Source: Octopus vulgaris
Lineage: Eukaryota
Assembly: GCA_951406725.2 (NCBI GenBank)
Contig: OX597825.1
Location: forward strand, 7,998,001-8,062,000
DNA: 64,000 bases
Reading direction: 5' to 3'
Below, piece by piece: positions 25,251-38,095 of the stretch. Under the pieces are notes generated by a model. That model saw only the letters and a program-made list of their open reading frames with translations. It was not told the DNA's origin and did no database searches. The translations under genes and the position numbers were made by a program. Each line of letters starts with the position of its first letter. Position 1 is the first letter of the stretch.

Positions 25251-25817
25251 CAACCCGATTAAAATCACATGCTGGACAACGTGCAAAATGTATAATTTGT
25301 GGGGTTGTGTGTTTAAAATATATCGTGAAAGAAAAGAAGAAAAATATGTCAAACAATTTCTCGGAGGCAACCGCCGTGGCAGCAGCGTTTCCCTGACATA
25401 GAATATAATTCTAAGCTATCTAGAAGAGCTAATTTGGACATAAAAACTATACAGATTATTTTAATAGACTGAATAAGCTGTCAACAAATATATTTTGAAT
25501 TCCCTTCATATACACGCATAAACGCACACTCACTATACGCACACTCACTATACGCACATAAATAAAATTTTATTATAGAACAATACATTTTACTTTCTTC
25601 ATGGTTTACACTAAAATACTCGTTGGACACCATTAGTCGTATTTAATGCATATTTACTGAGATTAATTTCAGAGCAAAGTTAATTTATAATTCCCAACTA
25701 AAATAGTTATTGAGACGAATATAGCACATGAAAATGATTATGAATATGTTACAGAGATAGAACGCATAAAGTCTATCACACATTTGCGATGCAATTATTC
25801 TGAGAATATATCTTGAA

Positions 25818-25979
25818 AAAGGCTGTGTGGTAAGAAGTTTCCTTTCGAACCACATGATTTCGGTTTCAGTTCGACTGTGTAGCACCTGGAGCAAGTGCTT
25901 TCCATTATAACCTCGGGTCTACCAAAGCCTTGTGAGTCGGTTACGTAGGCGGAAACTTAAAGAACACTGTTGTATATGC

Positions 25980-26051
<72 letters not shown>

Positions 26052-26235
26052 GTCTCATTTGTCTGTGTCTCTCCCCCCGTCATCCTTTGACAACATATGT
26101 TGGTGCGTAGCTTAGCGGTTCGGTAAAAGTATCCGATAGAATAAGTACTAGTCTTGGGGTTGATTTATTCGACTATAAACAGTTGAAAGCTGTGCACCAG
26201 CATGGCCACAGTCAAATGACTGAAACAGGTAAAAA
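25818..26235 (+). mobile_element. SINE family B, diverged full copy with expanded internal (TA)n(TG)n
   Basis: ggctgtgtggtaagaag head and cagcatggccacagtcaaatgactgaaaca tail. Confidence 0.85.
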
Positions 26236-26704
26236 AAAAAAGAACATTTGCTATAACACTTACAGTAATTACTATATTCCGGTATTCCAGTTTCTGAGTG
26301 TTATTAAACGAACACGAATTTTACGATTCCATTCCAATATCGCAAACTTACAGGATATTATTAATTTACATATTGTAGTTGGTGGTAGTGTTAAGATCTT
26401 CCTAGGCAGCAGAAAATGTTTGCAACTAAACAAATGGAGAACAGAGAATTAGTTTGCCATCATTTGCAAAATTAACTGAATCTAGCTCGCATAATTTATT
26501 TCATTATAATTTCTATTGAATTACGTTCCCCCTTTTCTGATTTCATGTAACTCTCCAATATCAGGCTGACTGACCAGAAATATATTTACCATTTTGACGT
26601 TGCTATCATTAAGGCAAGCACATCATTCTCACGCAAACTTTCGTATGCCACTCGACGTTTCTTTCTCTCTCGCTCTTTCTCTTTCTATATGTATGTATAT
26701 ATAT

Positions 26705-26771
<67 letters not shown>

Positions 26772-26774
<3 letters not shown>

Positions 26775-26865
26775 TTAGAGATAAAACCACTATTAGGCAA
26801 ATCAAACAGTGAAAAACATAAAAAATATAAAAGTTAAATAAAAAATTATTTAAATAATTTAAACA
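26772..26865. repeat. AT-rich repeat next to (TA)n, copy 1
   Basis: aattagagataaaaccactattaggcaaatcaaacagtgaaaaacataa recurs at 27129. Confidence 0.85.
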
Positions 26866-26894
26866 TATATAAGATATATATAACATATATAACA

Positions 26895-27108
26895 AGGCGG
26901 CGAGCTGGCAGTAACGTTAGCACGCCGGGCGAAATGCGTAGCCGTATTTCGTCTGCCGTTACGTTCTGAGTTCAAATTCCGCCGAGGTCGACTTTGCCTT
27001 TCATCCTTTCGGGGTCGATAAATTAAGTACCAGTTACGCATTGGGGTCCGTTTGTAGGTCCTTGTTTATCCCCTCTGTGTTTAGCCCCTTGTGGGTAGTA
27101 AAGAAATA
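26895..27108 (+). mobile_element. SINE family A, young copy with tail type 1
   Basis: Near-identical to 72-307 apart from a small internal deletion. Confidence 0.92.
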
Positions 27109-27128
27109 TATATATATATATAATATTA

Positions 27129-27245
27129 AATTAGAGATAAAACCACTATTAGGCAAATCAAACAGTGAAAAACATAATCCAATACATGAAATTAATTAAA
27201 AAATATAAAAGTTAAATAAAAAATTATTTAAATAATTTAAACTTA
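27129..27245. repeat. AT-rich repeat next to (TA)n, copy 2
   Basis: Direct repeat of 26772-26865 with an extra internal segment. Confidence 0.85.
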
Positions 27246-27317
27246 TAAATTTCATATATATATATGTATGTATATTTTTGTATTTATATATTATTTTATA
27301 TATATATATATATATAT

Positions 27318-27700
27318 GCTCTTTTACACTTTTACTTCTTTCAGTCATTTGAATGTCGCCATGCCGGAGAATCGCTATTCGTCGAGCAAATCGACCCCAG
27401 GACTTATTCTTTGTAAGCCTAGTACTTATTCTATCGGTTCCTTTTGCCGAACTACTAAGTTACGGGGACGTATACACACTAGCATCGGTTGTCAAGCGAT
27501 GTTGGGGGGACAAACACAGACACACAAATATATACACACACACAAACATATATATATGTTCATATATATATGATGGGCTTCTTTCAGTTTCCGTCTACCA
27601 AATCCACTCACAAGGGTTTTGGTTGGCCCGTAGCTATAGTAGAAGAGACTTGCCCAACTTGCCACGCAGTGGAACTGAACCCGGAACTATGTGGTTCGTA
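27318..27700 (-). mobile_element. SINE family B copy
   Basis: Matches 14063-14480. Confidence 0.88.
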
Positions 27701-27789
27701 ACTCATAAATATATATACATATACACTCCGCTCTTGACAGACAATATAACACACCAAGCATTATGGATGTCCACATCATACACTTTATA

Positions 27790-27792
<3 letters not shown>

Positions 27793-27844
<52 letters not shown>

Positions 27845-27850
27845 ATATAT

Positions 27851-27881
<31 letters not shown>

Positions 27882-27908
27882 CATGTATATATATATTTAT
27901 ATATATAT

Positions 27909-27953
<45 letters not shown>
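27793..27953. repeat. (TA)n/(CA)n microsatellite
   Basis: Directly visible. Confidence 0.97.
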
Positions 27954-27955
<2 letters not shown>

Positions 27956-28524
27956 AACACAATAAGTAAGATTCGACTTCGCACATCAACCGCTTTCTCC
28001 ACTACATCCTCTTCAGTAAATATCTATAGAGTGCATGGACAATCCTTGAAATGAATATGGAATGGATAAGGAATACAAAAAGATACTGAAGTGATTCCAG
28101 TGCCCTCGAGTATAATACGAGATACCTACTGACAAACAATGACAGACGACTAATCCAATCGAAATCTGGAATATATATTATGAGAAATATTTCCTACAAT
28201 TTTTAAATGTGAAACTATCAAAGGTAGTGTATGAAGCACTCTTATCAATTTTTCAGACACCATTTCTTCCAAAATAATTGGCACTCACTGAAAAGTTTCG
28301 TATCTCAGATTTAGTTAACGGCAAATATGAACAGAATTTTGCAGAGTTTGTTAATTGGAATCAGTCTAATATTTATTCTTAGACTACAAGGAAAGGATTT
28401 TATCGGGGAAATAATATTGAACCTCACTATTGAAAATGAATAATTAGGTTAGGGTTAAGGTAAATGGTGTTAAACTAAAAAAAAAAAAAATGTAATAATT
28501 CTGTTGTTAGAAATAGTATTTGTC

Positions 28525-28685
<161 letters not shown>

Positions 28686-28870
28686 AAACTAAATTAAATA
28701 CCGTATTATTCATCTCAAGGATAACGAAAGGAAGTACGCACTTTGAACTTGTTACACAAAAAGTACGAGAACGTACACGTGCAAACCCAATTAACACCAG
28801 AAATTAACGGACCGGTACCTGTATGTATATATATATGTATGTATGTATATATATATATATATATATACAT

Positions 28871-28935
<65 letters not shown>

Positions 28936-29029
28936 CATATTTATATATATATATATATACATATACACACATACATATTTATATATATATATATATGTGT
29001 GTGGTGTATGTTTGTGTGTATGTATCTGT

Positions 29030-29256
29030 ATGTGCATTTCTCTGTGTGTGTAGATGCGTGTCTTTGTGCTTGTGTTTGTCCCTCAAAACAGCTTGATAAC
29101 CGGTGCTGGTGAGCTTACGTCCCCGGGAAGTTAAGTACCAAGCTTAGAAACAATAAGTACTCCGGCCGAATGTTTATAAATAAAATTTCTTCAAGGCGGT
29201 GCCCCAGCATGGGCGCAGTCTAATGACTGAAACAAGTAAAAGGCGAAAAGCGAAAG
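29030..29256 (+). mobile_element. SINE family B, 3' half, preceded by a long (TA)n tract from 28820
   Basis: aaggcggtgccccagcatgg...aatgactgaaacaagtaaaag. Confidence 0.8.
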
Positions 29257-30244
29257 ATCAAAGCTAACGTTTTAGTCATGCGTCTGAATCTATTAAAACA
29301 TATACAATTCAAACAGAAATATTCGGATTGTGGGGATATTCTTAGTGAGGTGTCTGACTTCAGTAGGATATTTTCCGAATTGATAATATAACTTGTATCT
29401 CATACAAATTTTTACTTTGATATTTTCTCTTACATTCCCTTACAACTTTGCATACACTGACTCCCTTTTATGACGTTTTTATAGAAATATTTTAGTAGCA
29501 AATATAAGGATAATGAATCATTCGCTAAGTACAAGTAACATTCTATTCGGATGTATTTACTAATGGGAATTTTATCGGTTTTGGAAAGGTAACTACAAGA
29601 ATAGGGTTGATGCATTTTGTTTACATCGATATTTTGCTTTTCTATGATATATTCATATCCCCTCACATTAACATACTTCATTCTTTATTCATGCGTCTGA
29701 TTTTGATGATGAAAATTTAAATTATTCACTAAGTTCGTGTGAGTAGGCATTTTAATTGTCTGCCCCAGTCTGAGTACCTTACAAAACCAGTAACTGCAAC
29801 AAAATAACCAGGATTAATAAACGTGAATAACAAAGATCGAACTTGATATTATATAGACAGGCTTCCCACAATTTCCCTCCACCTAATTTCACTCTCTATG
29901 TTAGAGTACACGCGACCTAGTTGACACATCTGGTTCTGGTAATAAGATGTTAAACTTAGTATTCAGACGTGTTTGCATCCCAGGCGCACCTACACTCACC
30001 TACACTGCAGACACAGACACAGATACATGGACATAACCAGAAATTGATGCACACATGCGTGGGTGTAAAGCGACTTCAAATAGATTTAAAATTGCATTCC
30101 ACTCCCAATATTGTTTCAATTTTCTTTCTAATAGAAACGGGTAATCTATACATCATTATTGAAATTTTATTGTCCACTCTGTTATTCTCCATTTCCAGAA
30201 GTCCAATAAAGTAGGCTACTTGTAAAATGAAATATCATTTCTTG

Positions 30245-30279
<35 letters not shown>

Positions 30280-30399
30280 ACGTTCTGCACTACATGGACA
30301 AAATATATTGTTACATTTTCTGAGATGTCCGGCAACTACTTCAAATAATTGGTTTTGCATTTCCTCATTAAAATTATATGTGAGCTTTATGACAATATA

Positions 30400-30637
30400 T
30401 TGGGTTGGGGCATAATTATTGCAGCTTTTCTTCAATAAATTTTATTGAGCAAAAACAATAACATGTAACAAAAGCATCTTTAAATGATTATTCCGGAGCA
30501 TATTCACCATCTACTTCAATTACGACTTCCCATTTGCTTGGCAGACAGTCAGACCGTCAGTTAAAGACGTTTTTGTTATTGCTTTTGTTGAATAAAATTT
30601 GTTGAAAAAAAGCCGCAATAATTATGCACCAACCTCA
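30400..30637 (-). mobile_element. Mariner non-autonomous deletion derivative (MITE-like)
   Basis: TA-flanked inverted termini TTGGGTTGGGGCATAATTATTGC / GCAATAATTATGCACCAACCTCA extending ~65-80 bp; the interior encodes the mariner C-terminus LPSKWEVVIEVDGEYAPE* on the minus strand. Confidence 0.85.
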
Positions 30638-31199
30638 TAATATTTATACTAAAATGAATTCAAATTTCACCGAGATTGACTTTAGCTTTCATTCTTTCGC
30701 GATCGATAAAATAAGTACCAGTTAAACACTGGGATAAGCGTACATGGAGATAGTTAAAATATGTTTGTGAAATATTTCAACTGAGAAAAGGCAAATTCGC
30801 TGTAGTTAATGTGGAGAAAATTTCTCCTTTACGGTAAACTGCTGTAAAAATATCATATCTGTCCAGTTTCGCCCCCTCTCGGATGACCAGACACCGATAT
30901 TTCTAACTCTTTAGTTGTTATCAATTATAAACTCTGGACAGACTTTATCACATATGTATATATGTATGTGTTTGTGTATGTGTATAAATACATATGTATT
31001 TTTATATGTGTGTATGAGCGCGCCTGTGTGTGGTGTGTGTGTGTAAGAGTTAAATATTGCCAGTATCTTTTACGGGTCTACATTGGCGAAAGTTGTCAAC
31101 CTTTGAGAGAAATCGTCTCCTTCACCCAAACCATATTTTCTTCTTGCTGAAGTGGAATTCTCTGAGATAACTTCTTCTTTGAGAAGTTAAGTCCTATCC

Positions 31200-31520
31200 T
31201 GTGGCACTAACTTTCGGTATCAATGGTGAACCATTGATTGATTTCATGAAATTTTTTAAGCACTGCATTTCCTTAAAGGCCTCTAGCCTTCTGATAGAAA
31301 ATAAAAATATATGGTTCCCGCTCGATTGAATATTTTGTATGGGGCTTTTTGCAAGAAAATTATACTTTGGTATAGAACACGAAACACAAACGTGATTTTA
31401 TGAAAATCGTTAGCATGGAAATTAACTCAAAACGAATATTAACCAAGTATTCCACTATTCCTCGGAAAACTATGGTTTTTATTCGCAGAATCTGGAGGAA
31501 GGGGCAGTACTCAAAGATTT
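31200..31520 (+). mobile_element. Possible decayed Tc1/mariner transposase C-terminal fragment
   Basis: IEYFVWGFLQE (cf. NPIExxWxxLK / DYFVWG); otherwise degenerate. Confidence 0.3.
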
Positions 31521-31789
31521 TACTGGCCTTTCTCGATCAATGATTTTGCTACAATTAATATCCGGGTTGCACTTTTGTAAATGAACAGCAATGTGAAAGA
31601 AATCAGCATGGAGCCAATTCCAGAAAAGCGATATTCTTTGATGAATTGTCTGGGTATCATGATCAATAGAAGACCTACGACGTTAGTGACATTTAACAAA
31701 TTTTTTTAAAGATTCTTTCTCATTTTGTTTTGCTTTGTTATTATCGTTAACTACCACATTTAACTCAGAGAAAAAAAAAAGATAACTTT

Positions 31790-32063
31790 CTCTGCGTCAG
31801 TTACGACTACAAATGCTCTAGTTGAGCAGATCAACAGAATAGCCGTAACGTGCAAGTGGCTGAGTGCTCAACAGATAAGCGTATCATTAACAGAATATGA
31901 CAAGGCTGGTCCTTCGAAATGCATGTACTACTCATTTCTGCCAACCGAGAGAACTGGAGCAGCGTGAAATAAAGTGTTTTGCTCAAGGACACAGCTCGTT
32001 GCCAGGAACCGAGCTCACAACCTTACCCCGAGTACCCTAACCAGTAAGGCCAACCGCCTTCAC
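31790..32063 (-). mobile_element. SINE family D (tRNA head plus CORE-like domain) with a family C-type 3' part
   Basis: Element strand has tgtgtccttgagcaaaacactttatttcacgctgctccag (CORE-like) and tcagccacttgcacgtta shared with 32380-32399. Confidence 0.75.
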
Positions 32064-32093
32064 CTTTTACTTAATATCTACATAGAAATATGT

Positions 32094-32598
32094 GGAGGCG
32101 CAATGGCCCAGTGATTAGGGCAGCGGACTCGCGGTCGTAGGATCGCGGTTTCGATTCCCAGACCGGGCATTGTGAGTGTTTATTGAGCGAAAACGCCTAA
32201 AGCTCCACGAGGCTCGGGCAGGAGGGGGGAACCCTGCTGTACTCTTTCACAATAACTTTCTCTCACTCTTTCTTCCTGTTTCTGTTGTACCTGTATTCCA
32301 AAGGGCCAAACTTATCACACTCTGTGTCACGCTGAATCTCCTCAAGAACTACGTTAAGGGTACACGTGTCTATGGAGTTCTGAGCCACTTGCACGTTAAT
32401 AAATGAGCTGCGACATCACGGGTGCCAAGCTGTATCGGCCCCTTTGCCTTTCCCTTGGATAAAATCGGTGGCGTGGAGAGGGGAGGCCAGTATGCATGGG
32501 CGACTGCTGGTCTTCCATAAACAACCTTGCCCAGACTTGTGCCTCGGAGGGTAACTTTCTAGGTGCAATTCCATGGTCATTCATGACCGAAGGAGGTC
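32094..32598 (+). mobile_element. SINE family C (tRNA-Arg-like head) fused to a family D-type 3' part
   Basis: Head ggaggcgcaatggcccagtgattagggcagcggactcgcggtcgtaggatcgcggtttcgattcc; from ~32400 it matches 55685-55860. Confidence 0.85.
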
Positions 32599-33824
32599 AC
32601 AATCTCATAGAAATTTATAATTTAGAGGTTTTTGATGGTCAGACTACTCAAGACAATTCTCGAGGCACACCTAATACAATGGACTTCACGAATCGCTGAA
32701 TTGGGTTTCATTACTTTAAGAAAGATTTGTGCGAAGCTGTACCCAAGAATATGATGACCTTGTATTGACACAACTTGCTCCAACAGTGCCTAATGTTCAT
32801 AGATGGTTTACCATTCAAATACACCAAAGAGAGAATAATTTTTTATTCTCTTGATTTCTCTATGCCTACGATGTGCAGCTAGAATCAAGGTCACGAGAGT
32901 TTAGATTCTGCTATATATGCAGCAATACTGCACATGAATATTTCAAATGTCTGCCGTTATTGGAAGTACCATGCATGCACATATTGGTGTACACAAGTTC
33001 ATACATACACATATACAATTTTCTTGTTACTGTTTAATGTTTATCTGAAGATCAATATCGGTGATAAATGCAAAATTTTCAAACCTTAAATGGATCCATA
33101 AATGTTTTGTGTGGATTTTTTTTTTTCAATATCCATTTAAGTGGAATACAACAGAAAGCCAATTTTGCAGCCCATTTATACATTAAGCAGGAAAAATGGC
33201 CGACATTGAAATGTTATAATATAAAAAAAAAAACCTGTAAAGCTCCGTGGCTTTTTGAAAAAGATATTTTAAAATAACTTTTCCCAAAACTAAATCTATT
33301 GAATATGAATTCCCAAATTTCCATTTTGATTGCATCTTCTCTATTTTGTTATTAAAGGAGTTTTGTAGTGTTAAATAAAATATATACATGGGATAATAAG
33401 GATCGACTGTGCTTTAGGAGACGACGGTGTGTACGTATAGCACGAATACGACTTAGTGTTCTTTATAAATGTGGATATTCCAAGGACACCAATATAAAAA
33501 GTATTGATAGTATAAGTATTCTGATTAGTATTAGTATTAATATTAGAGGTAATAGAGATTATTGTTGCTGTAATGGTATTTAGGGGTTATTGTAAGCGCT
33601 GATGTTTTCAATGCTAGTGATTTTCTACGGAAGCAAATGGGAACCTGTTGAATAAGAAAATTGTGTTAAACATATTCAATTATTGGGAGCTATTTAAAAA
33701 GAAAAAAAAAAAGGAAAAACGCTGCAGAGATGAAAAGTGGAATTTGACACGTCAGGTTACTCGTAACTATTCTAGAAAATGAATGGTATTCAGGAATACC
33801 ATTTTTTTTTTTTGGTAATATACT

Positions 33825-34188
33825 GCACTACCACCAGCACCAGCAACATCACCACCATCACCACTACAATCACCACCACCACCTCTACTACCACTACCAT
33901 CGTCATCGTCATCTTCATCATCATCATCATCACCATTTATGATACTGACGTTATAGCTATCATCCTCATCGTCACCGACGTCGCCGCCGCCACCACCACC
34001 ACCACCACAACCAACATAATCATCATCGTCATCACCATCATCGTCGTCATCATCATCATTATCATTTATGATACATTTATGATAATGTAGTTATCATCAT
34101 CACCACCACCACCACCACCACCACCACCACCACCACCATCATCATCATCTTCATCATCATCGTCGTTATCATCACCACCGCTACCGCC

Positions 34189-34222
<34 letters not shown>

Positions 34223-34420
34223 CCACCACCACAACCACCACAACCACCACTACCACCACCACCACCACCTACACCACCACCACCACCACCACCACCACCA
34301 TCACCACCACCACCACCATTATCATCATTATCATCATCATCATCATCATTACTGTCGTAGTTTTCCCGATCATCGTCATCGCCATTACGATTATTATTGG
34401 TATTGTTGCTGTTGTTATTG
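33825..34420. repeat. Compound (CAC)n/(CAT)n low-complexity tract
   Basis: Directly visible. Confidence 0.95.
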
Positions 34421-34686
34421 TTAAAATGGCTACGCACATGAAAAGCAGGCTTAGTTTATGCCGGTAAGATATTTACGATGGTTTACCTCTACTTTTCCGA
34501 GTGAGTCTCATCCAATAATGTTACACTTGTCTTCCGAAGGTGAGAACGCATCTGCGCAAACACGCACGTTCACGCTTTGTGCAAGGAATATCCAGAAACG
34601 CTACAATTCCAAATACTTTAAGTCTCCATTTTTTTCATCCAAATATATAAACATTCGCTAACATGGCGAAATTTCTGCCACGGAAC

Positions 34687-34708
34687 GTAGTAGTAGTAGT
34701 AGCAGTAT

Positions 34709-34770
<62 letters not shown>

Positions 34771-34843
34771 ATAATAGTAGTAGTAGTAGTTTGCAGTAGC
34801 AGTAGCAGCAGTAGTAATAGTAGTAGCTGCAGTAGTAGTAGTA
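34687..34843. repeat. (GTA)n microsatellite
   Basis: Directly visible. Confidence 0.97.
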
Positions 34844-34904
34844 ACTGTATCTAATCCAGTGGTTCTCAACAATGGTTCATATGTCTGCCGGTAGGTTATA
34901 ATTT

Positions 34905-35080
34905 AGGCGTAGGAGTGGATATATGGAAAGTTGCTTGCTTACCAACCACATGGTTTCAGGTTCAGTGCCACTGCGTGGCACCTTGGGCATGCGTTTTCTA
35001 CTATACCCTCCGGGCGATCAAAGCCTTGTGAGTGGATTTAGTATACGGAAACTAACGATTCTACCAGCTCGCCGCCTTAA
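34905..35080 (+). mobile_element. SINE family B 5' part abutting an inverted family A head fragment
   Basis: aggcgtaggagtgg...aagccttgtgagtggattt, then ctaacgattctaccagctcgccgcc. Confidence 0.8.
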
Positions 35081-35274
35081 AATATGAATTAAAATTATGA
35101 TGATGATGATAATGATGATGAAGATGATTCCTTTTATTTATCACCAGGGCAAAGGATCAGGGGGTAATACAAAAGTGTGGTGGTTTAATATAATTAAATG
35201 ATAAAATAGAAATGAAAGGCAGCATATACAATATGCAGGAAACAAAGCAATGGCTGTGTAGAGAAAATACTATA

Positions 35275-35320
35275 TAATAATGATAATGATAATAGTAATA
35301 ATAATAATAATAATAATAAC

Positions 35321-35352
<32 letters not shown>

Positions 35353-35464
35353 TAATAATAATAATAATAATAACAATAATGATAATAATAATAATAACAA
35401 TAATAATAATAATAATATTAATAATAATAATAATAATAACAATAATGATAATAATAATAATAAC

Positions 35465-35533
<69 letters not shown>

Positions 35534-35659
35534 GATGATGATGATGATGATAATGATGATGACGATGATGAAGATGATGGTGGTGGTGGTGATTATGATG
35601 ATGATGATAATGATAATAATGATGGTAATAATAATAATGATAATGATAATAATAATAAT

Positions 35660-35692
<33 letters not shown>

Positions 35693-35700
35693 AATAGAAT
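35275..35700. repeat. (AAT)n/(GAT)n microsatellite
   Basis: Directly visible. Confidence 0.97.
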
Positions 35701-35719
35701 AATCTTATCAAGGGAACGG

Positions 35720-35990
35720 ATTGCTGAAACTCATGGCAATTAATAAAGCATCGCGGCATTCTAGAACATGTGGCATTATGGAAAATGATATGAAGGAAGA
35801 AGAGAAAACATTACATGTGGAAAAGTAAAATCTTGTATGGAATTCCAAATTTAATTCAAAGAATTTGATGAATGAGATCAAAGCACGGGCACTTGAACTT
35901 GTGCAGATTTAGAGGTGGAATCGTTAATTGGATAAAAGTCGAGATAGTTGCCTTAGACATTAAAATAGGTGTATCAATGCATGCGGCACT
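35720..35990 (+). mobile_element. R4/Dong-like RT fragment, decayed
   Basis: SKFNSKNLMNEIKARA and GIVNWIKVEIVALDIK (cf. SxLNxxNxxxAINxxA and GIxxWxxxELxxLDxKTR); lies directly after the (AAT)n tract. Confidence 0.6.
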
Positions 35991-36737
35991 TCTCCCGTAG
36001 GCAGATGTCACTCATTTAATGATGAGACCAAAGATAAGAGAGAGTATATAGATCGGTAAATCGCTAACGTGCCAAGGGTGAATGAGAGCCACTTGAACTT
36101 GCTATAATGTAGCGAGGACTTAAACATATGGGAGTTGACGAGAAGATAGCGATCTAAGCTGGATAATTCATAAAAGAAAGCTCTACAATAAATGCAGTTT
36201 ATTGTTGCAACAAAGACGTGAATAATGTGAAAATGTTGACTCGTCGTTGAAATCGCCTCAAGACGGTGAATCAAATAAAGGAATAGAAAGATTTTTAATG
36301 TCTGTTTAAGATTTCAATCTAAACACTCATTCAGGATTGTTATTCCGTTTCTTCAAATAACAAATGTCGGCTAAACAATAAGCAAATTAAAAGTATTTCT
36401 CGTATATTAGTAGGCGTAAATTGTTTACACAAAATACTAGTAAAAGCATATTGATATGTATTTCAATTTACACTTTGAACAATAATATAGATTATGGGCA
36501 CATTTACCCTTACATGACTATTTGCTAATCAATATTTTCTAGTCTCTAAACTTGGAACCGGTTTGGAGACTGGACTGGAGTATATATGCTAAACTAAGTC
36601 TACCGAACCTGAAGTTCAGGTGTTTTGTTCCACCTCAATTTATTTTACTCTCCTTGCTGTAATACTCATCTTCACGGCTGCTCATAAGTAACAAGCGACG
36701 TTGATGAAGAAATTTATAAGCAATGAGAAAAGTAAAT

Positions 36738-36852
36738 TATTTACATTATTTACATTTGACGGATATTTGCCCTCATCTTTTTTGTTGTTAACACAATGTT
36801 TCGACTGATATACCATCAGGGCGTCATCAGGTGCCTTGGGGAAATTTCGAAC
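36738..36852 (-). mobile_element. Short PLE-terminus-like repeat with a minimal hammerhead motif at 36790-36835
   Basis: Minus strand GGCAC CUGAUGA cgcc CUGAU ggtat AUCAG uc GAAA CAUU GUGUU; stem I ggcac/gtgtt; homologous to 4606-4710. Confidence 0.65.
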
Positions 36853-36863
36853 TATGCAATATA

Positions 36864-37056
36864 AGGCGCAGGAGTGGCTGTGTGGTACGTAGCTTGCTTA
36901 CGAACCGCATGGTACCGGGTTCAGTCCCACTGCGTGGCACCTTCGGCAACTGTCTTCTAGTATAGCCTCGGGCCGACCAAAGCCTTGTGAGTGGATTTGG
37001 TAGACGGAAACTGAAAGAAACCCGTCACACACACACACACACACACTCATATATAA

Positions 37057-37113
<57 letters not shown>

Positions 37114-37305
37114 TGTGTGTGTGTATCGCTTGACAACCGATGCTTGTGTGTTTACGCCCCCGTCCCTTAGCGGTTCGGCAAAAGAGGCCGATAGAATAAG
37201 TAGTAGGCTTACAAAGAATAAGTACTGGGGTCGATTTGCTCGTCTAAAGGCGGTGCTCCAGCAAGGCCACAGTCAAATGACTGGAACAAGTAAAAGAGTA
37301 AAAGA
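36864..37305 (+). mobile_element. SINE family B, full copy
   Basis: Complete head, internal (CA)(TA)(TG) tract and aagtaaaagagtaaaagag tail. Confidence 0.92.
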
Positions 37306-37624
37306 GTATAAGTATCAAGAATTATCCTGATGATATATTTTTCTATATTTATCTCTCTGTCGTCTTCAAAAAATGGTTTATTGTTTTGGCTTACGGCCAT
37401 ATAGGTGAAAAGCTTGTTGTTCACCGATTCAACGCAACTTGATATTTATTAGCGATTTCCAAATATTTTACCAACTTTGAAGAGACCAAAAAGTAAAACA
37501 TAATCCAGGATTATCCCGACTCAGAATTAAAGGAGACAAATTTACACAAAGCAAGGAGCGATTCTATTAGAAACACCATTAATTATTAGAAAGTCGTTCA
37601 CTGATTTTAAATTCATATGAAAAT

Positions 37625-37850
37625 ATTTATTTCTTTATTGCCCACAGAGGGCTAAACATAGAGGTGACAAGCAAGGTGACAAAGTGATTAAGTCGATTAC
37701 ATCGACCCCAGTGCGTAACTGATACTTTTTAATCGACCTCAAAAGAATGAAAGGTAAAGACGACCTCGGCGGAATTTGAACTCAGAACGTAACGGCAGGC
37801 GAAATACCACTAGGTGCTAACGATTCTGCTAGATCGCCGCGCCGCCTTAT
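37625..37850 (-). mobile_element. SINE family A copy with tail type 1
   Basis: Matches 72-307. Confidence 0.88.
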
Positions 37851-37889
37851 TATGAAAATATTCAAGAATAGAAATACTACGGGGCCAAA

Positions 37890-38095
37890 AATTGCGGTAA
37901 GCTATCAGAAACGTTATCGCGAAGGACAAAATTTCTTCCAACCTTACGTTCTGCGTTCAAATACTATCGGGTGTTAACTTTAACATTCATCCTTTTGGGG
38001 TCGGTAAAAATGTACCAGTGGTGCAATGGAGTCGCCGTAATTAACTTAGCCTCACCCCCTAAATTGCTGGCCTTGAGCCAATATTTGAACCCAAT
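37890..38095 (+). mobile_element. SINE family A, diverged copy with tail type 2
   Basis: ttacgttctgcgttcaaat, cattcatccttttggggtcgg and aaattgctggccttgagcc motifs. Confidence 0.7.

Noticed and set aside
28445-28461. ttaggttagggttaagg telomere-like motif
   Set aside because: Only one perfect TTAGGG unit; expected by chance
32094-32166. tRNA-Arg-like sequence
   Set aside because: No acceptor stem and it continues into a SINE body; it is a SINE head, not a tRNA gene
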